From assembly GCF_004010195.1 (NCBI RefSeq), contig NC_057749.1, forward strand, positions 25,850,033-25,914,032: 64,000 nucleotides of DNA, in the 5' to 3' direction. Both the position numbers and the translations under genes were made by a program. Below the pieces are notes generated by a model. It saw only the letters and a list, made by a program, of their open reading frames with translations, had not been told where the DNA came from and did no database searches. The DNA is from Chiloscyllium plagiosum (lineage: Eukaryota). Positions 61,005-64,000 of this stretch are shown here, one piece after another (positions within the stretch are counted from its first letter, which is position 1; each line of letters begins with the position of its first letter).

Positions 61005-62970
61005 ATTTGTGGGACTTGAGCGCCGTTGGCCAGCATTGATAGCCCATCTCTAATTGCCCTTGAGAGGGTGGTGGTGAGTTGCCTTCTTGAATCGCTGCAG
61101 TCCACTTGCTGTGGGTTGACCCACAATGCCGTTAGGGAGGGAATTCCAGGATTTTGACCCAACGACTGTGAAGGAATGGCGGTATATTTCCAAGTCAGGG
61201 TGGTGAGTGGTTTGGAGGGGAACTTGCAGCTGGTGGGGTTCCCAAGTACCTGCTGCCTTTGTCCTTCTATGTGGAAGTGGTCGTGGGTTTTGGAAGGTGC
61301 TGTCTAAGGATCTTTGGTTAGTTTCTGCAATGCATTTTGTAGATAGTACACAGGACTGCTACTGAGCACCGGTAGTGGAGGATGTGGTGCCAATCAGGCA
61401 GGTTGCTTTGTCCTGCATGGTGTCAAACTTCTTGAGTGTTGTTGGACCTGTACCCATCCAGGCAATTGGGGAGTATTCCATCACATTCCTGACTTTTGCC
61501 TTGTAGATGGTGGATAGATTTTGGGGTGTCAGGAGGCGAGTTACTCGCCGCAGTATCCCTAGTCTCTGAACTGCTCTTATAGCCATTATGTTTGTGAGGT
61601 GAGTTAAGCTGAGTTTCTGGTCAATGGTAACCCCAAGGATATTGACAATGGAGGATTCAGTGATGGTGATACCATTGAATATCAAAGGGTGGTGGTTAGA
61701 GTATCTCTTATTAGTGATGGTCAATGACTGGCATTTGTGTGGCGTAAATGTTACTTGCCACTTGTCGGCCAAGCCTGGATATTGTCCAGATCTTATTGAA
61801 TTTGAGCACAGTCCACTTCACTATCTGAGGAGTCACGAATGGCGCTGAACATTGTGCAACCATTGTCGAACATCCCCATTTCTGAGCTTATGACAGAGGG
61901 AAGGTCGTTGATGAAGCAGCTGAAGATTCTTGGGCCTGGGACACTACCCTGAGAGACTCCTGCAGAGATGTCCTGGAGCTGAGGTGACTGACCTCCAACA
62001 ACTATGACCATCTTCCTTTGTGTCAGGTATGACTCCCATCCTCTACTCTTAAGGTGCTGGGTTTGTAATCCTTCAGTGTTCCTCCACCCCCAGTTCAAAT
62101 CTATGACTCTAACCAGTGTATTGTTTGCCCCTGTTACCCATTAAATTCAGTTTTGCCAGGGCTGCTTGATTCCACACTCAGTCAAATGCGACCTTGATGT
62201 CAAGGGCTGTCACTCTCATCTCACCTCTGGAATTCAGCTCTTTTGTCCATGTTTGAACCAAGGCTGTAATGAGGTCTGGAGCTGAGTGGCCCTGAGGGAA
62301 CCCAAACTAGGCATCACTGAGCAGGTGCCTGTTGGTGACCCCTTCCATCACTTCACTGATGATGGAGTAGAATGATTGGGCTGTAATTGGCCAGGTTGAG
62401 CAGGACATACCTGGGCAGTTTTCCACATTGTTGGGTAAATGCCAGTGTTGTAACTGTACTGGAAGAGCTTGGCAAGGAGAGCGGCAAGTTCTGGAGCACA
62501 TGTCTTCAGTACTATTGCCGGAATGTTCTCAGGGCCTATTGCCTTTGCAGTATGCAGAGTCTCCAGCTATTTCTGGATATCACATGGAGTGAATCAAATT
62601 GACTGGAGACTGGTATCTGTGATGCTGGGGACCACTGCAGGAGCCTGAGATGGATCATCCACTTGGCACTTCTGACTAAAGATTGTTGTGAATGCGTCAG
62701 CTTTATCTTTGTACTGATATGCTGGGCTCCTCCATCAGTGAGGATGGGGCTATTTGTGGAACCTCCTCCTCTAGTGAGTTGTTGAATTGTCCACCACCAT
62801 TCACAACTGGATGTGGAAGGACTGCAGGGCTTAGATCTGATCCATTGGTCATGGGAGCTCTTAGCTCTGTCTATCACTTGCTGTTTATGCCATTTGGCAT
62901 GCAAGTAGTCCTGTTTGGTAGCTTCACCAAGTGGACACCTCATTTTTCGGTATGCCTTGATGCTGCTCCT
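61005..62970 (-). mobile_element. Decayed non-LTR retrotransposon (CR1/L2/Jockey group, distinct family); 3' pieces also at about 9590-9725 and 16240-16570
   Basis: ISAGVSQGSVPGP..FINDLP; ADKWQVTFTPHKCQ..ILGVTIDQKL..IYKAKVRNVMEYSPIAW. Confidence 0.85.
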
Positions 62971-63289
62971 GCTGAATAGACTGTCCAGCAAACTGCACTT
63001 GTACAATAAATGTAAAGCTGTATTTGTGATGTATGTATGTGTGGCTTTCTCTTTAGTCTCTTAGTACCACAGGGCGGTCCATACAAATTAGCGACTGTGG
63101 ACATTCATGTTGCACTGCAAAACTGGTAGACTGAAAGCTCAGGCAACTCTGACCCAAGATTCAAAACTACACACGCATGCTTCACACAATAATTAGTTAG
63201 CTTTGTTGGTACATGCTTTTCAATAGTGTTTTTTGTGAAATCACTTTGAGAGTGCACGCTAACGTCCAAGTACCTAGACTGTAGAATTT

Positions 63290-63601
63290 GGGGCGGCATG
63301 GTGGCTCAGTAGTTAGCACTGTTGCCTCACAGCACCAGCGTCCTGGGTTTGATTCCAACCTCGGGTGACTGTCTGTGTGGAGTTTGCACATTCTCCCCGT
63401 ATCTGCATGGGTTTCCTTTGGGTGCTCTGGTTTCCTCCCAGAGTCCAAAGATGTGCAGGTCAGGTGAATTGGCCACGCTAAATTGTCAATTAGGTGCCTT
63501 AGTCAGAGGGAAAAGGGGTTTGGATGGGTTACTCTTCGGAAGGTCGGAGTGGACCTGTTGGGCCGAAGGGCCTGTTTCCACACTGTAGGGAATCTAATCT
63601 A
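63290..63601 (+). mobile_element. HE1-type SINE
   Basis: Full head, core and tail. Confidence 0.85.
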
Positions 63602-64000
63602 AAACATGTATCTAGCAGTTAATGAAATTTGTAGTGTGAAGCAGTGTAGCTGCATTTTTCTGTAAGCTGAGCAATGCTGGAACAGATCTTCACATAGACA
63701 GGACCTACACCAATTTGCCAGACTTGGTTTGAGTTTGGTGAGGTTGTAAAATCCCAACACTGCTAGTTTTTAGTTCTTAGTGATGCTGCAGTGGTTAGTG
63801 TTCTTATCTCGAGGCCAGAAGATTTACATTCAAGTCTCATCTGTCACGGAGCTGTGTTATAATATCTCCTAACAAGTTAATTTAAGAATAATTTTACTCA
63901 ACGAATACTTGGAGCGGACATTGCTTGTCTTATGAGGAAGGATTGCTCAGACTAGGCTTGTATCTGCTAGAACTGAGAAGCATAAGAAGCAGCTTAATTA

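Overview
Repeat-dense vertebrate genomic DNA, almost certainly an elasmobranch (shark). This rests on HE1-type V-SINEs, DeuSINEs and abundant CR1/HER1-like LINE fragments. There are two assembly gaps. One protein-coding gene is visible on the minus strand, a SEA-domain mucin-like gene: a signal-peptide exon (53101-53212), a 2,045-bp PTS/tandem-repeat exon that starts the SEA domain (46633-48677) and a 65-bp SEA exon (45236-45300). I could not find its downstream exons. A deleted class I (gamma/epsilon-like) endogenous retrovirus lies at 10212-14560 with a 4-bp TSD. There are also three probable solo LTRs, a decayed Gypsy pol, and Tc1/pogo- and hAT-like MITEs. The most striking hidden layer is a population of Penelope-derived, mostly non-coding mini-elements carrying minimal hammerhead ribozyme motifs. 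At least four sequence families have different, covarying stems around the same CUGANGA...GAAA core. They occur as fold-back hairpins, as inverted-pLTR elements and as one circularly permuted 290-nt retrozyme-like monomer. A TSD-flanked composite element with a 54-bp hairpin VNTR and a LINE-type tail sits at 22209-23474. Repeat family names come from recalled consensus features, not database searches, and boundaries without a stated TSD are approximate.
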